Positions 62,103 to 64,000 of a stretch of 64,000 bases of DNA are shown here, piece after piece. Under the pieces are notes generated by a model that was not told the origin of the DNA, made no database searches, and saw only the letters and a list, made by a program, of their open reading frames with translations. The stretch's first letter is position 1. The number at the start of each line of letters is the position of its first letter. The position numbers and the translations under genes are program-made. The stretch is taken from the NCBI RefSeq assembly GCF_963921235.1, contig NC_086097.1:172052001-172116000 (forward strand). Reading direction: 5' to 3'. The DNA comes from Mobula hypostoma. Lineage: Eukaryota.

Positions 62103-64000
62103 ATGAGTGCAGCTGATGGAGGCCACCCTGTGAGGTTTATTTCTTGGAATGTAAAGGGGCTCAATGGTCCGGTTAAAAGAGCTAAAGTTTTCTCTCATCT
62201 GAAACAATTAAAAGCAGATATACTATTTCTACAAGAGACACATTTAAGAGTGGAGGACCATAATAGACTTCGTAAAGCATGGATTAGTCAGATTTTTCAT
62301 TCCAGATTTAATAGTAGGTCCAGGGGGGTGGCAATATTAATCACCAAAAGAATGCAGTTCACACCATCTGATGTAATCAGTGACCCTAATGGTCGCTTTA
62401 TTATAGTCTCTGGCTCTCTCTTTCAGATACCTGTTATTTTGGTAAATGTTTATGCTCCTAATTGGGACGATGTCCAATTTGCAAATAGGGTTTTGTCATT
62501 AATACCTAACCTGAATACACATAAGCTAATCTTTTCCGGAGATTTGAACGGTGCTATTGACCCACTGCTTGATAGGTCTTGCCCTAGGGGAACATTTTCT
62601 GGTATGGCAAAGGCCTTCTCGATGTTTATGCAACAAAATGGTTATATAGGGACCTTGGAGATTTTTGAATCCATCAGTTAGGCAATTCTCTTTCTTCTCT
62701 CATATTCACCACTCCTATTCCAGGCTAGACTATTTCTTTATAGATAATTCCTTGATACCTATGATTAGACAAATTGAATACACTGCTATAGTTATATCTG
62801 ATCACTTGCCCGTGAAACTGGACCTATGTTTTCCTTTAAACGTTAGAGAACGCCCTCTGTGGAGACTTAACCCCCTTTTGCTTTCTAATGAGAAATTTTG
62901 TAGTTATATATCGGCTAACATTGACACATTCTTCGAGACTAACAAAACTGAGTCGGTATCGTACTCTTTACTTTGGGAAACTTTAAAAGCTTACTTGAGG
63001 GGTCAAATAATATCTTATACTTCACTTGCCAATAAAGAGCGTAGGAAGGAAATGCAAGTGTTATTGAAATCTATTTGGGACCTGGATAGAAAATACTCTG
63101 AGGCACCACTGCGGAATTCTATAAAAGCCGGGTTGATTTGCAAGCGAAGTTTAATCTTCTATCTACAAACCTATCAGAACAATTAATTCTTAAGACTCGT
63201 GGCCTCTATTATGAATATGGTGACAAGGCGAGCCGGCTTATGGCTCATCAGTTGAAACATCAAGCTGCATCACGACTTATTCCTCAGGTAAGAGACATGC
63301 ACCAGAACTTGACAAGCAATCCAAAAGAGATTAATAACATCTTTGCAACTTTTTATTCCTCTCTGTATGCCTCAGAGTTCCCCTCAGATAAAACAAATAT
63401 GGAACGTTTTTTAGATAATTTGGAAATACCAACTCTTGAACCAGAGGAAGTGGAGAACCTAGATCGGGCTCTTGGGCAGGAAGAGATTAATAATGCCATT
63501 ATGGCTATGCAGAGTGGTAAGTCCCCAGGTCCTGATGGTTATCCAATAGAATTTTATAAGAAATTTAAGGATAAGCTCACACCGGTCCTTCTAGAAGTGT
63601 TTCAGGAATCTTTGGAGAATGGCTCCTTACCCCCTTCTCTTTCACAGGCAGCTATTTCACTACTTCTTAAAAAGGACAAGGACCCGACTCAATGTGGATC
63701 ATATCGCCCCATTTCACTTTTGAATGTAGATGTGAAAATTTTGGCTAAAGTGCTTGCATGTCGTTTAGAACATCCCCTTCCCAAGATAATTTCAGACGAT
63801 CAAACAGGTTTTATTAAAAATCGCTATTCTTTTTTTAATATCCGTCGACTGGCTGATGTGGTTTATTCACTGAGTGATTCTCCAAGTCCAGAGGTTGTTA
63901 TCGCCTTGGACGCGGAGAAGGCATTTGATAGAGTGGAATGGGTATACCTATTTAGTGTTTTGGAGAAATTTGGATTTGGCAGAATATTTATAGCTTGGGT
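62103..64000 (+). pseudogene. L1 ORF2p (APE endonuclease plus RT start), frameshifts at ~62650 and ~63108
   Basis: SWNVKGLN, FLQETH, NVYAPN, SRLDYF, ISDH, GKSPGPDG, YRPISLLNVDVKILAK, LDAEKAFDRVEW. Confidence 0.88.

Larger units (their letters stand above)
60426..64000 (+). mobile_element. LINE-1 clade element, 5'-complete, runs off the window
   Basis: GGCTTCCGG 5' end, CpG-rich ORF1, T-rich inter-ORF spacer, ORF2 with APE endonuclease and RT. Confidence 0.92.

Noticed and set aside
1..64000. Prokaryotic system (operon, CRISPR array, retron, DGR) suggested by the many RTs and repeats
   Set aside because: All RTs belong to eukaryotic retroelement clades; there is no repeat-spacer array and no gene-dense operon structure.

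Overview
Eukaryotic, transposon-saturated vertebrate DNA, most likely a cartilaginous fish (shark/ray; inferred from the V-SINE, CR1, Rex1/Babar and Penelope mix). I found no intact, recognisable host gene, only a few candidate short exons. The window holds a 15-kb nested stack: a Tf1/sushi-type chromoviral Gypsy element (4721-19861, TSD GAATC) that contains a second Gypsy family, another chromovirus, Rex1 and CR1 LINEs and a Penelope element. Also present: a HERO-like RLE non-LTR element (22251-25570), a third chromovirus (37051-41485), many CR1/Rex1 fragments, SINEs, a hAT MITE and a near-intact L1 running off the right edge. The main signal is RNA structure. (1) The HERO 3' UTR carries a nearly complete hammerhead ribozyme core whose strands lie in a non-circularly permuted (pseudoknotted) order, enclosed by a competing 12-bp helix. 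(2) Penelope pseudo-LTRs carry minimal hammerheads, including a TSD-flanked palindromic mini-element. (3) The chromoviruses have an 11-nt self-priming PBS. Several templated or inverted repair scars are also visible. Family names come from motif recognition, not database searches, and boundaries of degenerate repeats are approximate.
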